From the NCBI GenBank assembly GCA_965223665.1, contig OZ245011.1:2432001-2496000 (forward strand): a DNA stretch of 64,000 nt, written 5' to 3'. Of the stretch, positions 10,860 to 20,744 are shown piece by piece. The translations under genes were made by a program, and so were the position numbers. Under the pieces are notes generated by a model that saw only the letters and a list, made by a program, of their open reading frames with translations, made no database searches and was not told the DNA's origin. The number at the start of each line of letters is the position of its first letter. Position 1 is the stretch's first letter. Source of the stretch: Nitrospinaceae bacterium (lineage in GTDB: Bacteria; Nitrospinota; Nitrospinia; Nitrospinales; Nitrospinaceae).

Positions 10860-13391
10860 TTGAGTGCGCCCTCAGAAAATAAAAGCAAATTAGAGCTTCT
10901 TGAAGAAATTGAGTCGTTACAGCGAAGGGTATCCCAATTAGAAGCCCAGAATCAAGAGCAACTCTCCTTACAAGATAAGCTTCAAAGAGAAGCCACAACA
11001 CTGCAAAATATACTGGAAAGCCCCTCTGCTATTTCCATCATTGGAACTGATATAAATGGAAACATTTTATTTTGGAACAAAGGGGCAGAAAATATGTTGG
11101 GTTATACGGCAGAAGAAGTTGTAGGAAAAAAAAACATTAGTCTCCTTTATCCCAAAAGTGATCAAGTTACTGAAACTATTAAAAAAGTTAATCAGCATTT
11201 ATTAAATAATAAAAAAGGAATCACTTGTGAAATTGAAGAATTGACAAAGGCAGGGGTTCGACTATGGGTTCGATTAACGCTATCTCCTCGATTTGATAAA
11301 TATGGCGATGTGGTGGGGTTCCTCGGGGTTGGAGAAAATATTACTGAACGAAACAAAGCTGAAATGGCCCTTGAAGAACAAATGGATCTTTCTGCCTTTA
11401 GTGCTCAAATTGGAGCTACTGTAGCAGCAAGCACTTCTCTTCAAGATATCCTACCCCAATGCGCAGAAGCCATTAAAACTTTCTTTAGGGCGTCGCAAGT
11501 ACGAATTTGGTTATACTACCCCCATGACGACTTTTTAGAAATTCAAGCCAATGCCACTGATCCACTAATCCCTTTACCAGAAAATCAAATTCCTCTTGGA
11601 AGTGGAGCCACCGGAATTATTGCCAAGAACCGAAAGTTTTTTTATACCGACTCTCCATATTCAGAAACTTTACTAAAACCCGATGTTTCCTGGATGAAAA
11701 AAGCCAAAGTGGTGTCTTACACTGCCTATCCCTTGGTAATTGATAATCAACTTTTAGGAATATTGGAATTATATTCAAAGACTACTCTGACTAATGCCAT
11801 GATGGGGGGTTTGGATACAGCTGTATCAGATATTACTGTTGGAATTGACCGCATAAAAACCTTTCATGCCCTTCAATCAAGCGAAGAGCGCGTACGGTCT
11901 ATTTTGGCTAATTCTTTAGAAGGAATTATCACTTTTTATGGAAACGGTTCTATTTCTTCATTAAATCCTGCTGCCCAATATATATTTGGACACAAGGAAA
12001 AGGAAATCAAAGACAAAAATATACGTTTGTTAATTCCTGAATTGTTTGATGAGGATCCCAATAAAAAGGAAAAAATTTTTTCAACAAAACGAAATATAGT
12101 CGGGCGTGTCAATGAAATGACAGGGAAACATAAAAATGGTTATCGATTTCCCATAGATTTAGCCATTAGTAAATTAAAAATGCCCGAGCGCAGGAAAAAT
12201 CCCCGAACGAAATCAAATGAACCCCCAATACTTTACATAGGAATGGTTCGCGACATTACAGAGCGAAAACGATTTGAAGGAGCTCTTCGTAATGAAAGAG
12301 ACTATACGGCAAGAATTATTGAGCGTACCCCTTCTCTTGTAGTTGGAATGTCATTGGATGGTCTTATTCGATTCACAAATCCTTCTGTAGAAAAAACCAC
12401 AGGATATAATGCTTTAGAAATGATAGGAAAAAATTGGTGGACTTTAATGTTTCCTGGAAACTCATTTGATCAAGTTCAACAAATAAGAAGTCTAATGGAA
12501 AAAGGAACTGTACGTAATCATGAAATGACCTTAACAACGCAAAGTGGGGAGAAGCGAACTGTCGCCTGGAGTATTATTAACCGATTTAATGAAAAGGGTC
12601 AATTAATCGAAATAATTGGTTTTGGAACAGATATTACTGAAAGAAAAAAAGTTGAGCTGGATTTGATTCATGCTGCAAAAAAGGCAGAAGAATCCAGTAG
12701 ATTAAAATCTGATTTTCTGAGTATTATTTCGCATGAATTAAGAACTCCCCTTACCGTTATGCTGGGAAACACTCCTTTACTAAACAAAGCAAATGACCTC
12801 CCTGACGCGCAGGAGATTGTTTCCATTGTTGAGGAAATAGAAAATTCTGGCAAGCATCTATTGTCTTTGATTGATGATCTTCTAGACTTCTCAAAACTAG
12901 AAGCAGGAAAAATGGCATTAAACTGCAATCGGTTTTCTGTAAACAATTTAATACAAGATGTAGTCTTTAGCATCCAAATATTGGCAAATCAAAAAGGAAT
13001 TTCAATTAAAACCCAACTTGAGGATTTAGAAGTCAATGCTGACCCTGTTCGCCTCAAACAAATTATTTATAATTTATTAAGCAATGCGGTCAAATTTACG
13101 GACTCCGGAGAAATCCTCGTTAGCGTTTTTCAAAATGGGCGGAATATCTATTTTGAGGTGAAGGATACGGGTTGCGGTATAGCTGAGGAGAACTTCACGG
13201 TTATTTTTGATGTTTTTAGGCAAGTAGACGAATCGGCCACTCGCGCTGCCTCGGGTACGGGGTTGGGATTAGCAATCACCAAAAAATTAGTAGAAATGCA
13301 TGGAGGAAAAATTTCTGTTTCAAGTGAATTAGGAAAAGGAAGTACATTTACTTTTTTTATCCCCTTAAACCTTAAAAACCCCACCTTATAA
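10860..13391 (+). CDS. Cytoplasmic PAS-GAF-PAS-PAS sensor histidine kinase
   Basis: Three PAS/PAC units (..DITERK), a GAF domain, H-box SHELRTPL, N-box NLLSNAVKFT, G-boxes DTGCGI and GTGLGL; no TM and no receiver domain. Confidence 0.93.
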   Translation: MSAPSENKSKLELLEEIESLQRRVSQLEAQNQEQLSLQDKLQREATTLQNILESPSAISIIGTDINGNILFWNKGAENMLGYTAEEVVGKKNISLLYPKSDQVTETIKKVNQHLLNNKKGITCEIEELTKAGVRLWVRLTLSPRFDKYGDVVGFLGVGENITERNKAEMALEEQMDLSAFSAQIGATVAASTSLQDILPQCAEAIKTFFRASQVRIWLYYPHDDFLEIQANATDPLIPLPENQIPLGSGATGIIAKNRKFFYTDSPYSETLLKPDVSWMKKAKVVSYTAYPLVIDNQLLGILELYSKTTLTNAMMGGLDTAVSDITVGIDRIKTFHALQSSEERVRSILANSLEGIITFYGNGSISSLNPAAQYIFGHKEKEIKDKNIRLLIPELFDEDPNKKEKIFSTKRNIVGRVNEMTGKHKNGYRFPIDLAISKLKMPERRKNPRTKSNEPPILYIGMVRDITERKRFEGALRNERDYTARIIERTPSLVVGMSLDGLIRFTNPSVEKTTGYNALEMIGKNWWTLMFPGNSFDQVQQIRSLMEKGTVRNHEMTLTTQSGEKRTVAWSIINRFNEKGQLIEIIGFGTDITERKKVELDLIHAAKKAEESSRLKSDFLSIISHELRTPLTVMLGNTPLLNKANDLPDAQEIVSIVEEIENSGKHLLSLIDDLLDFSKLEAGKMALNCNRFSVNNLIQDVVFSIQILANQKGISIKTQLEDLEVNADPVRLKQIIYNLLSNAVKFTDSGEILVSVFQNGRNIYFEVKDTGCGIAEENFTVIFDVFRQVDESATRAASGTGLGLAITKKLVEMHGGKISVSSELGKGSTFTFFIPLNLKNPTL

Positions 13392-13442
13392 ACTTTTATA
13401 TAATTCAGTTGGTAACTTGCTTAAAAGATAATATATAATTTC

Positions 13443-14222
13443 TTAACCTTTAAGCATGGCCAAGGTAATATTTCTTCCAGTTTGTCCTTCTTTCCTATAT
13501 GAATACCATCTTTCATTATTACAAGAAGTACACTCCCCAATTTGGAATATATTTTTTCTATTAATCCCCCTTTCCATGGCTTCCAATTGATTTATTTTTA
13601 ATAAATCTAACAAATATTTTTTAGAGGAGGTTTTTTCGGCAATATCTTTAAGGGGAAACGCCCTTTCTAAAAAGGGTTCAACACAAATTTCATCAACCTC
13701 ATAACATTGTTTGCATATTCCGGGTCCTATTCCCAAAACTAAATCTTTGGGAGAAGATCCAAACTTAAATACCATTTTACCAATGGTTTTGGATAAAATT
13801 TCATTCTGAGTTCCCACTCTCCCAGCATGAACAACTCCAATTACATGGCGCACCGGATCAAACAAAACAATGGGAATACAATCTGCGGTCATAATTGCAA
13901 TGGGAATTTGAGTTAGTTGAGTCACTATGGCATCTGCTTCGATTTGAGCCGTGACTTCGGGTAGAGTATTTCTATCTTGAAGAACATAAACTTGGTTACT
14001 ATGAATTTGATTTACGAAATGAATAATTTCACCCTGAATCTTTAGTGATTTCAAAAGCCATTTTTGATGCATTTGATTAATATTTTTTGTTCCAAGTCTT
14101 CCTAAATATAATGGAATAAAATCTTTATTAGAGGTATTAAAACTTCTTGGAGTGAAACAATGAAGTAAGTTTTCATGTTGTTTTAATTTATCAATAAAAT
14201 GAGTTTCAATGAAAAAATTCAT
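13443..14222 (-). CDS. pgeF: Peptidoglycan editing factor / YfiH-family purine nucleoside phosphorylase
   Basis: NQIHS, ADAIVT, TADCIP, HAGRVG, GPGICKQCYEV and SYR motifs. Confidence 0.88.
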   Translation of the reverse strand: MNFFIETHFIDKLKQHENLLHCFTPRSFNTSNKDFIPLYLGRLGTKNINQMHQKWLLKSLKIQGEIIHFVNQIHSNQVYVLQDRNTLPEVTAQIEADAIVTQLTQIPIAIMTADCIPIVLFDPVRHVIGVVHAGRVGTQNEILSKTIGKMVFKFGSSPKDLVLGIGPGICKQCYEVDEICVEPFLERAFPLKDIAEKTSSKKYLLDLLKINQLEAMERGINRKNIFQIGECTSCNNERWYSYRKEGQTGRNITLAMLKG

Positions 14223-14437
14223 AAAAAAATTTAATTTTTTTTTATTAATGAAAACGTAAACCTTTTGTTATATTTTTTTTTAACAAATAATTAAAAAATT
14301 TTTCAATACCCTGTTTCCGCCTTTATTGACAAGGGATTTTAAAGCATACGTATTTTAAATCATTTTTTTGGTTTTTTTTTAAAATTAATGACTAATTTCA
14401 ACAAAAACCCCTAACCCCTTTTTCAATCAATATTTTC

Positions 14438-14465
14438 TTGACATTAAGCGAGTATAGAATAAAAT
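14438..14465 (+). promoter_or_regulatory. Sigma70-type promoter of the H1-like gene
   Basis: TTGACA (14438-14443), 16-bp spacer, TAAAAT (14460-14465). Confidence 0.6.
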
Positions 14466-14521
14466 ACATACGATATTTGGGCGCTGAAACAAACCAAATA
14501 TTTTTTCGAAAGGAGTTCTTG

Positions 14522-14722
14522 ATGGCAACCAAGAAGAAAGCAAAAAAGAAAGCAGTAAAGAAAAAAGCTACAAAGAAAAAAGCAGTGAAAAAGAAAGTAG
14601 TAAAGAAAAAAGCTACAAAGAAAAAAGCAGTAAAAAAGAAAGCAGTAAAGAAAAAAGCTACAAAGAAAAAAGCAGTGAAAAAGAAAGCAACAAAAAAGAA
14701 AGCTGCCAAGAGAAAAAGATAA
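14522..14722 (+). CDS. Histone H1-like, Lys/Ala-rich nucleoid protein (66 aa)
   Basis: AGGAG RBS at 14511-14515 and ATG at 14522; 12 KKK blocks in (KKKAV/KKKAT) pentapeptide repeats; 40 of 66 residues K/R and none acidic. Confidence 0.8.
   Translation: MATKKKAKKKAVKKKATKKKAVKKKVVKKKATKKKAVKKKAVKKKATKKKAVKKKATKKKAAKRKR
14531..14710 (+). repeat. Degenerate 15-bp tandem repeat encoding KKKA[V/T]
   Basis: Units such as AAGAAAAAAGCTACA and AAGAAAAAAGCAGTA/G repeated about 11 times. Confidence 0.85.
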
Positions 14723-14916
14723 GTTTTTATTCTTGTAAAGCTTTTAATTTAATTTTTCATTTTCAAAATTATTCCTTTTTAAAAGGAAAATTTTTTTCAG
14801 AAATAAAATTGGTTTTGGATTCAGCGCCCAAAATAGCATTTTGTTTCCTGCCTCTCCTAACTCCTACAAATTAAATAATCAAAAGTTTCTTTTATTAATA
14901 CTTGCCGGAATCTTCT

Positions 14917-16128
14917 CTAACTTGTTATTTTACAATAGATTGCCTTCAAATAACCTCCCTCTTTAAAAATCACGGGGTGGTCAATTGGATGTTGAGTCTT
15001 AAGAATTTTTTCAAAAGTCCTTCCTGTTTGACGAATTCCCAAGTCCACTGCTCTGTAAAATTCCTTTGGGGTAATTAAAGAGGAGCAAGAAGCAGCAAAC
15101 AAAACCCCACCGGCTTGTGTGCAACTGGCTCCAAATTTGACTAATCGTATGTAGGCCTGAATTGCATTTTTTTTATTTTTTTTACTTTTGGCAAACGCAG
15201 GTGGGTCTAAAACAACCAAATCATACTTTTGATCTACTCTTTTCAATTCATGAAGTACTTTAAAAGCATCTCCTTGAATTTGTTGAAACCTCTCAGAATT
15301 TAAAAGCTGATTTCCAAAGTTTAAGTTAATATTTGCCCTTGATGCTTCCAAAGCATGCTTGTTTATTTCAATTTCAGTAACAGATTCACACTTTCCAGCA
15401 AAAGCATAAACAGAAAATCCTCCTGAGTAGCTAAATACGTTTAAAACATTACAACCAACAGACCTATCTTTAATTTGTCTACGGTTTTCTCGTTGGTCTA
15501 AAAAAAAACCGGTTTTTTGACCATGAATTATATCCGCTTCGAATAATAAACCGTTCTCTTTAAAAATAACGGGCCCTTCAATTAACGAACCAAATAAGAT
15601 TTGACCATTATAATACGAGCTTGTTTGCGTGCGTTCTACATGACCGCTAAATAATAAAACTAATCCTTCTAATTCCTTTATCTCTTGTTGGATTATTTCA
15701 GTTAATTGATCAAGATAGGGTATCCAGGCAGCGGTATAAATTTTTAAAGCCAATATATTTTCATAACGATCTAGTACCAGCCCAGGGAATCCGTCATTCT
15801 CGCCATTTAAAATTCGATAACCGGTAGTTCCATTCCCTTCTAATTCATCCCTTAAAATCAGGGCTTTTTTCAATCTTTCTTGAAAAAAAGCTCTATTAAT
15901 TTCTGTTGGTTTATTTGATTGAAGAATTCTAAGACGTATATCAGAGAAAGGATCATACAATCCAATAGCTAAAAAACGGTTATTTGAATCATAAACAACT
16001 CCTAAATCTCCTACCTTCCCTTCAACATTTATATTTTTTAATTGGTAATAGTAAACCCAAGGGTATCCCTTTTGTAATTTTCTTTGTAAGTTTTTTGAAA
16101 TTTGAATTTTTATTTTACCGGGTGTCAT
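14917..16128 (-). CDS. Class I SAM-dependent rRNA methyltransferase (RlmI/YwbD-like)
   Basis: PUA-like N-terminus (GYPWVY); GENDGFPGLVLDRY, GQKTGFFLDQRENR, VLNVFSYSGGFS and LDPPAF motifs. Confidence 0.9.
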   Translation of the reverse strand: MTPGKIKIQISKNLQRKLQKGYPWVYYYQLKNINVEGKVGDLGVVYDSNNRFLAIGLYDPFSDIRLRILQSNKPTEINRAFFQERLKKALILRDELEGNGTTGYRILNGENDGFPGLVLDRYENILALKIYTAAWIPYLDQLTEIIQQEIKELEGLVLLFSGHVERTQTSSYYNGQILFGSLIEGPVIFKENGLLFEADIIHGQKTGFFLDQRENRRQIKDRSVGCNVLNVFSYSGGFSVYAFAGKCESVTEIEINKHALEASRANINLNFGNQLLNSERFQQIQGDAFKVLHELKRVDQKYDLVVLDPPAFAKSKKNKKNAIQAYIRLVKFGASCTQAGGVLFAASCSSLITPKEFYRAVDLGIRQTGRTFEKILKTQHPIDHPVIFKEGGYLKAIYCKITS

Positions 16129-16151
16129 ATTGATTCAATGCTTACGTGAAT

Positions 16152-16874
16152 TTATTTTCTTAAGTGAGACAAACTAACCTTTCCCATAATTCCCAAAATA
16201 CGAAACTGTTTTTTCTCAACTAAATTTCTAAACTTGGGTTGCGACCAAACTCTTGGATTGGGTAAAATTGCTGCCAACCAAGCAGACTCTATGGGACTCA
16301 CCCACTTTGGAGAATGATTAAAATACTTTCTAGAAGCAGCATTGCATCCGAAAATCCCATCTCCCCATTCAATAATGTTAAAATAAACTTCTAATATCCT
16401 CTCCTTACTCCACACAAGTTCTATAAGCGTTGTAAAATAAGCTTCCATACTTTTTCTTATCCAATCGCGGTTTTGCCAAAGAAAGACGTTTCGTGCGGTC
16501 TGCATGGAAATCGTACTAGCACCTATGGTCCGTTTAGATTTTTTATTTAATTTAATCGCATGGCTCACCGCTTCCCAATCAAAACCATTGTGCATAAAAA
16601 ATTTTTGATCTTCAGAGGCAATAACTGCCCGAATTAACTGAGGTGATATATCCTTTAGTCGCTTCCAACTCCCTAGAGTTAAGGGATACTTCTCCTGAAA
16701 TCCACTTTCAACCCATCGAATCCACATAAGAGGGGTTGTGGGTGGGTTAAAATATCGAAAAAATAGAACAGGAATCAAGGATATTAACCATAACCCTAGT
16801 AAAAAAAGTAAGATTTTCCGTTTCCAATTAACTTTGGGCGATTTAATATTTTTTTTTCTTGGTTTCCTACCCAT
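16152..16874 (-). CDS. mtgA: Monofunctional biosynthetic peptidoglycan transglycosylase
   Basis: SEDQKF, GASTISMQTARN, RKSMEA and ERILEVYFN motifs; N-terminal TM. Confidence 0.93.
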   Translation of the reverse strand: MGRKPRKKNIKSPKVNWKRKILLFLLGLWLISLIPVLFFRYFNPPTTPLMWIRWVESGFQEKYPLTLGSWKRLKDISPQLIRAVIASEDQKFFMHNGFDWEAVSHAIKLNKKSKRTIGASTISMQTARNVFLWQNRDWIRKSMEAYFTTLIELVWSKERILEVYFNIIEWGDGIFGCNAASRKYFNHSPKWVSPIESAWLAAILPNPRVWSQPKFRNLVEKKQFRILGIMGKVSLSHLRK

Positions 16875-16951
16875 GTTTAAACTATTTCAAAGAAATTTTA
16901 TATATAAAAAGTAGGAAAGAAAAAATTGTACGGATGACACAATCCTTGGGG

Positions 16952-18106
16952 TTAACTTTGTGTCAATAATTGGTCGTAGCCTTTAACTATCTTTAAAAAG
17001 TTGGACATTAAAAGGTCAGGAATTTGACGACGGTATTTTTTATGATGTTTAAATTTGAAGGGATTATAAATAATTCTTTTTTTATCGCGGCTTCTGATTT
17101 CATAATGAAGGTGGGGGGCAAAACTACGTCCGGTGTTACCTGAGTCAGCAATTAATTCTCCCTGTTTAACTTTCTGTCCAGGCTTAGTATGAACTTTGTC
17201 CAAATGAAGATATAGAGTCTTGATACCTAACTTAGGATGATCTATTTCAATACAATTTCCATTTCTCCTTCTGTTCCAATTTATTCTAGTCACTTGACCT
17301 TCAAAACTAGAAAAAACCGGGGATCCAACAATTGTTTTAAAGTCAGTTCCAGCATGTCCTGGCCGTCCTTCTCTAAAATCACCTGGCAAAGAAGTTATTT
17401 CTTCATATTTGAGTATGGGAGCCGACTGAGGACCCAGATGAGCCACAACTTCACGTCCATTTTTATCAAAATAACTTCCGTGAACCATTGTTGGGGTCCT
17501 AAAATAATTCATTTGTAACGTTTGATTTAAAAACCGGCTGGTGTAAGACAATTTTAAAATTCGAAATCGGTCCGGGTTATCCAAAGTTTTATAGACCAAA
17601 TGAAGTGAGTCCCCCTTGCGTAAGGAGCGATTCACATCCATTCGCCAAGATAATAACCGCGCAACCAAAGCGGCTAAAAACTGACAGTCCCCCGTCATTT
17701 TATTTTTACAAAAAGAATAGGTTAATGAATGACGGATTTTTAAACTTATTGTTTGCAAACTTTCAGGGTTTTCAGGTTTAACGTGCATAGCAACCTGAAC
17801 CCTATTGGGATTTTCAGGAAAAATTAAAGTTTTTTCCTCATAATTTTGGATGAGTGAGTTTTCTTTGATTTTGGATTGGATTTTAAATTCGGTTTTATTA
17901 AATTTTACCTGCTCTTTTTTTTCAGAAATTGATTGTGAGTCTCCGTTAGGGTTTGCTTGCGCAATATTTAACCCCTGAGAACTATAAAGAACAAAATAAA
18001 CAATTAAAGCAAAAAATAGAAAGGCCAAAATATACCAAACTTTATAAGACTTCTTGGTCTTTTTCCCCGGCCAATCTTGATTTTCTAGTACTAAAGGTCT
18101 GTGCAT
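16952..18106 (-). CDS. M23-family metallopeptidase
   Basis: HAGTD (HxxxD), YLHL and GNTGRSFAPHLHYE (HxH); N-terminal TM. Confidence 0.88.
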   Translation of the reverse strand: MHRPLVLENQDWPGKKTKKSYKVWYILAFLFFALIVYFVLYSSQGLNIAQANPNGDSQSISEKKEQVKFNKTEFKIQSKIKENSLIQNYEEKTLIFPENPNRVQVAMHVKPENPESLQTISLKIRHSLTYSFCKNKMTGDCQFLAALVARLLSWRMDVNRSLRKGDSLHLVYKTLDNPDRFRILKLSYTSRFLNQTLQMNYFRTPTMVHGSYFDKNGREVVAHLGPQSAPILKYEEITSLPGDFREGRPGHAGTDFKTIVGSPVFSSFEGQVTRINWNRRRNGNCIEIDHPKLGIKTLYLHLDKVHTKPGQKVKQGELIADSGNTGRSFAPHLHYEIRSRDKKRIIYNPFKFKHHKKYRRQIPDLLMSNFLKIVKGYDQLLTQS

Positions 18107-18307
18107 TTAGCAGTGATCCGTATTTTCTTTTAGTAGGAAGTTAGCGAGTATTATTAGCGTTGGGAAACCGCAAATGGGGGAAATATATCCTTCCAATCTA
18201 TAATTTCAATTCACTTTATAGTGAAAAGTCCGTATATTATGACAAAACGCCAATCATTTGACAACCATTTTTAAACAGGTAAGTTTAAATTTTTCAAATA
18301 ATTAACT

Positions 18308-19396
18308 ATGTTCCTGCCTGAAGCCATTTATCTGGACCCTGGGGTAGAAACCTACTCTTTGACTCAAAAAGTATTATCCTCTTATCCTGATTTGCCTAAT
18401 AAGAGTAACTTCTCGATAGACCAAATTACTGGCAAATTAAACCGAGAGTCTAAAGATGTATTTGGATCGGCAAAAAAGATTTTACTGTTATCTCATTTTA
18501 AAGGGTCCTTTCTAAAAAAATGCCCAGGAATTAGCCCTGGGATGGTTTGCTGCAATTACTACGTTGTAAACCTAATTAAAAACTGTTCCTATGATTGCTC
18601 ATATTGTTTTCTTCAAGACTTTCTTGAAAATAATCCAATTCTTAACGCTTATGTAAACATCGAAGATTTGCTAAATGAATTAGAAGAAGTATTTTTTAAA
18701 TTTCCCGATCGCTCGTTCCGTATTGGAACGGGTGAGTTAACTGACAGCTTGGCTTTAGATACCATCCTTCCTTACACGGATTATTTGATTCCTTTTTTTA
18801 ATGTTCAAAATAATGCCATATTAGAGTTAAAAACCAAATCTGACCAAATAGACAATTTACTAAAACAACCCGACCCTACAAACATTATTGTTTCTTGGTC
18901 TTTAAATCCTGAATCCATCTCCTCAATTGAAGAAAAAGGAACACCTTCTCCAACAAGTCGGATAGAAGCTGCCAGGCTCTGTCAAGAAAAGGGGTATAAA
19001 ATTGGATTTCATTTTGATCCCATTATCCTTTTTCCAGGTTGGGAAAAAGATTATGAACAAATGATCGGTAGTTTATTTCAAGAAATTTCACCTTCCCACA
19101 TTGAATGGATCAGCTTAGGTAGTTTTCGATATAGGCCTAACCTCAAAAAAATTATTAAAGATCGTCACCCCAAAACCCTTCTCTTCACTCAAGAGCACAC
19201 TCCAGGTGAGGATGGAAAATTCAGGTATTTTAGGCCACTTCGCAATCATGCCTATGAAACCATTAGAAATTTAATAAAAAAAAAGGAGCCTGATTTAAAT
19301 GTTTACTTGTGTATGGAAACTAAAGAAATTTGGGAAGGAGTGACTGGGAAAATGCCTAGAAGTGATAAAAAACTAGACCAGTTTTTTGATCTTTAA
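18308..19396 (+). CDS. Spore photoproduct lyase-like radical SAM protein
   Basis: CSYDCSYC (CxxxCxxC), GTGELTDSL, LELKTKS, SWSLNP, HFDP and YLCME motifs. Confidence 0.85.
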   Translation: MFLPEAIYLDPGVETYSLTQKVLSSYPDLPNKSNFSIDQITGKLNRESKDVFGSAKKILLLSHFKGSFLKKCPGISPGMVCCNYYVVNLIKNCSYDCSYCFLQDFLENNPILNAYVNIEDLLNELEEVFFKFPDRSFRIGTGELTDSLALDTILPYTDYLIPFFNVQNNAILELKTKSDQIDNLLKQPDPTNIIVSWSLNPESISSIEEKGTPSPTSRIEAARLCQEKGYKIGFHFDPIILFPGWEKDYEQMIGSLFQEISPSHIEWISLGSFRYRPNLKKIIKDRHPKTLLFTQEHTPGEDGKFRYFRPLRNHAYETIRNLIKKKEPDLNVYLCMETKEIWEGVTGKMPRSDKKLDQFFDL

Positions 19397-19403
19397 TTAG
19401 AGG

Positions 19404-20507
19404 CTACAACCGCATGGGCATTACAATACTTAAAAAATCTTTGTCTTCACTTAGAGTAATTAAACAGGAATTATTTTGATCCTTTAAATTGAGGACTACC
19501 TCATCTTCATCAATTGCACCCAAAACATCCAAAACATATCTTGCATTTAATCCAATGGTTACCTCTTCACCTTGATATTTAATCTCAAGTTCTTCATTCG
19601 CATCACCTAACTCAGTGTTATCAGAAACCAGCGTTAAACTACCGGGTCTAATTTCAAAACGCACCATTTTAGATTTTTCATCCGCTAACAAAGCAACTCG
19701 TTTTAGGGCATGGCTTAAATCTTGTTTATTGACTCCCACCTGTAATTCATTATCGGAAGGAATTACTTGGCGATAATTAGGAAATTTTCCATCCACTTTT
19801 CGACTCACGATGACCTGTTTATCCTGAATAAACGCCATTTGATTATCTTTTTCAGAAAATGCATATACAGAATCTTCATTCTCGATAAAACGTAAAAGCT
19901 CTGTTAACACTTTCTTTGGCAAAAGGTAACCCGTCTTATTTTTAGTTTTGGTATTTGCCAAGGCCCTTTTAATAAATGCTAAACGATGGCCATCAGTGCC
20001 AACCATATTTACTTTACCATTATCGCACTCGAGGAGGAGACCATTAAGTGCCTGTCGAGTTTCATCAGGAGAAATTGCAAACAGAGTTTTTCGAATCATT
20101 TCTTTTAAAAGACTTCCTTTAAACTCCATTAATGGCTCTTCACTATATTCCGGAAGTTTTGGAAAATCTTCTGGTGGTAAACCAGGTAAACGAAATTTAG
20201 ATTTACCACATTTTAAAGAAACCCAATCATTTTCCTCTTGATAAAAATGAATTTCTAATTCGGGTAACTCTTTTACAATATCAAAAAGCTTTTTTGCATT
20301 AATTGACACCGAACCTTGAGAAACAACTTTAGCAGGATAAGTTCCGGTCATTCCAATCTCTAAATCGGTAGCCTTCAACAGGATTCCCTCCTTATGAGTT
20401 GAAATAAGAACATGAGACAGAATAGGCATGGCCCCTTTGCTCTCAACTATACCTTGGACTTTATTCAGGCCATGAAGAAATATATTTCTGTCAATTTTTA
20501 TTTCCAT
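19404..20507 (-). CDS. dnaN: DNA polymerase III beta clamp
   Basis: ATDLE, GTDGHRL, GKFPNY, GLNARY and C-terminal VMPMRL. Confidence 0.97.
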   Translation of the reverse strand: MEIKIDRNIFLHGLNKVQGIVESKGAMPILSHVLISTHKEGILLKATDLEIGMTGTYPAKVVSQGSVSINAKKLFDIVKELPELEIHFYQEENDWVSLKCGKSKFRLPGLPPEDFPKLPEYSEEPLMEFKGSLLKEMIRKTLFAISPDETRQALNGLLLECDNGKVNMVGTDGHRLAFIKRALANTKTKNKTGYLLPKKVLTELLRFIENEDSVYAFSEKDNQMAFIQDKQVIVSRKVDGKFPNYRQVIPSDNELQVGVNKQDLSHALKRVALLADEKSKMVRFEIRPGSLTLVSDNTELGDANEELEIKYQGEEVTIGLNARYVLDVLGAIDEDEVVLNLKDQNNSCLITLSEDKDFLSIVMPMRL

Positions 20508-20545
20508 CGTCCCCCCTGGCAGGTAAGTTTTGTAAAACGGTCATT

Positions 20546-20574
20546 AATTTACACAAATCCCCAAGACCTGTCAA
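20546..20574 (-). promoter_or_regulatory. Sigma70-type promoter of dnaN
   Basis: Minus strand TTGACA, 17-bp spacer ending in TGTG, then TAAATT. Confidence 0.55.
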
Positions 20575-20744
20575 AGCAATAATCGGAGCATTCCTATGTC
20601 CTTTCCCCAATAGAACAATTCTCATTTTAAGCTCAGTAGCTTCTTGAACTAAATGCAAATTCAATTTTCTAAAACTTATAGTGAATCCTTGACTTTGTTA
20701 AATAACGCGTGTTAATTTCAAGGTTCACGTAAGGAAAAATACTT

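Larger units (their letters stand above)
14476..14832. repeat. Long-range inverted repeat flanking the H1-like gene
   Basis: TTTGGGCGCTGAA (14476-14488) and TTCAGCGCCCAAA (14820-14832) are perfect reverse complements; imperfect complementarity continues about 20 nt inward. Confidence 0.8.

Noticed and set aside
14398-14709. 103-aa Phe-rich ORF on the minus strand
   Set aside because: It is the antisense image of the poly-Lys codons; the plus-strand gene has the promoter and RBS
14531-14710. Tandem repeat as a CRISPR array, and A-AAA-AAG as programmed frameshift sites
   Set aside because: No spacers or cas genes; the repeats are in-frame coding units; slippery heptamers are expected in Lys runs and no extended -1 ORF was evident
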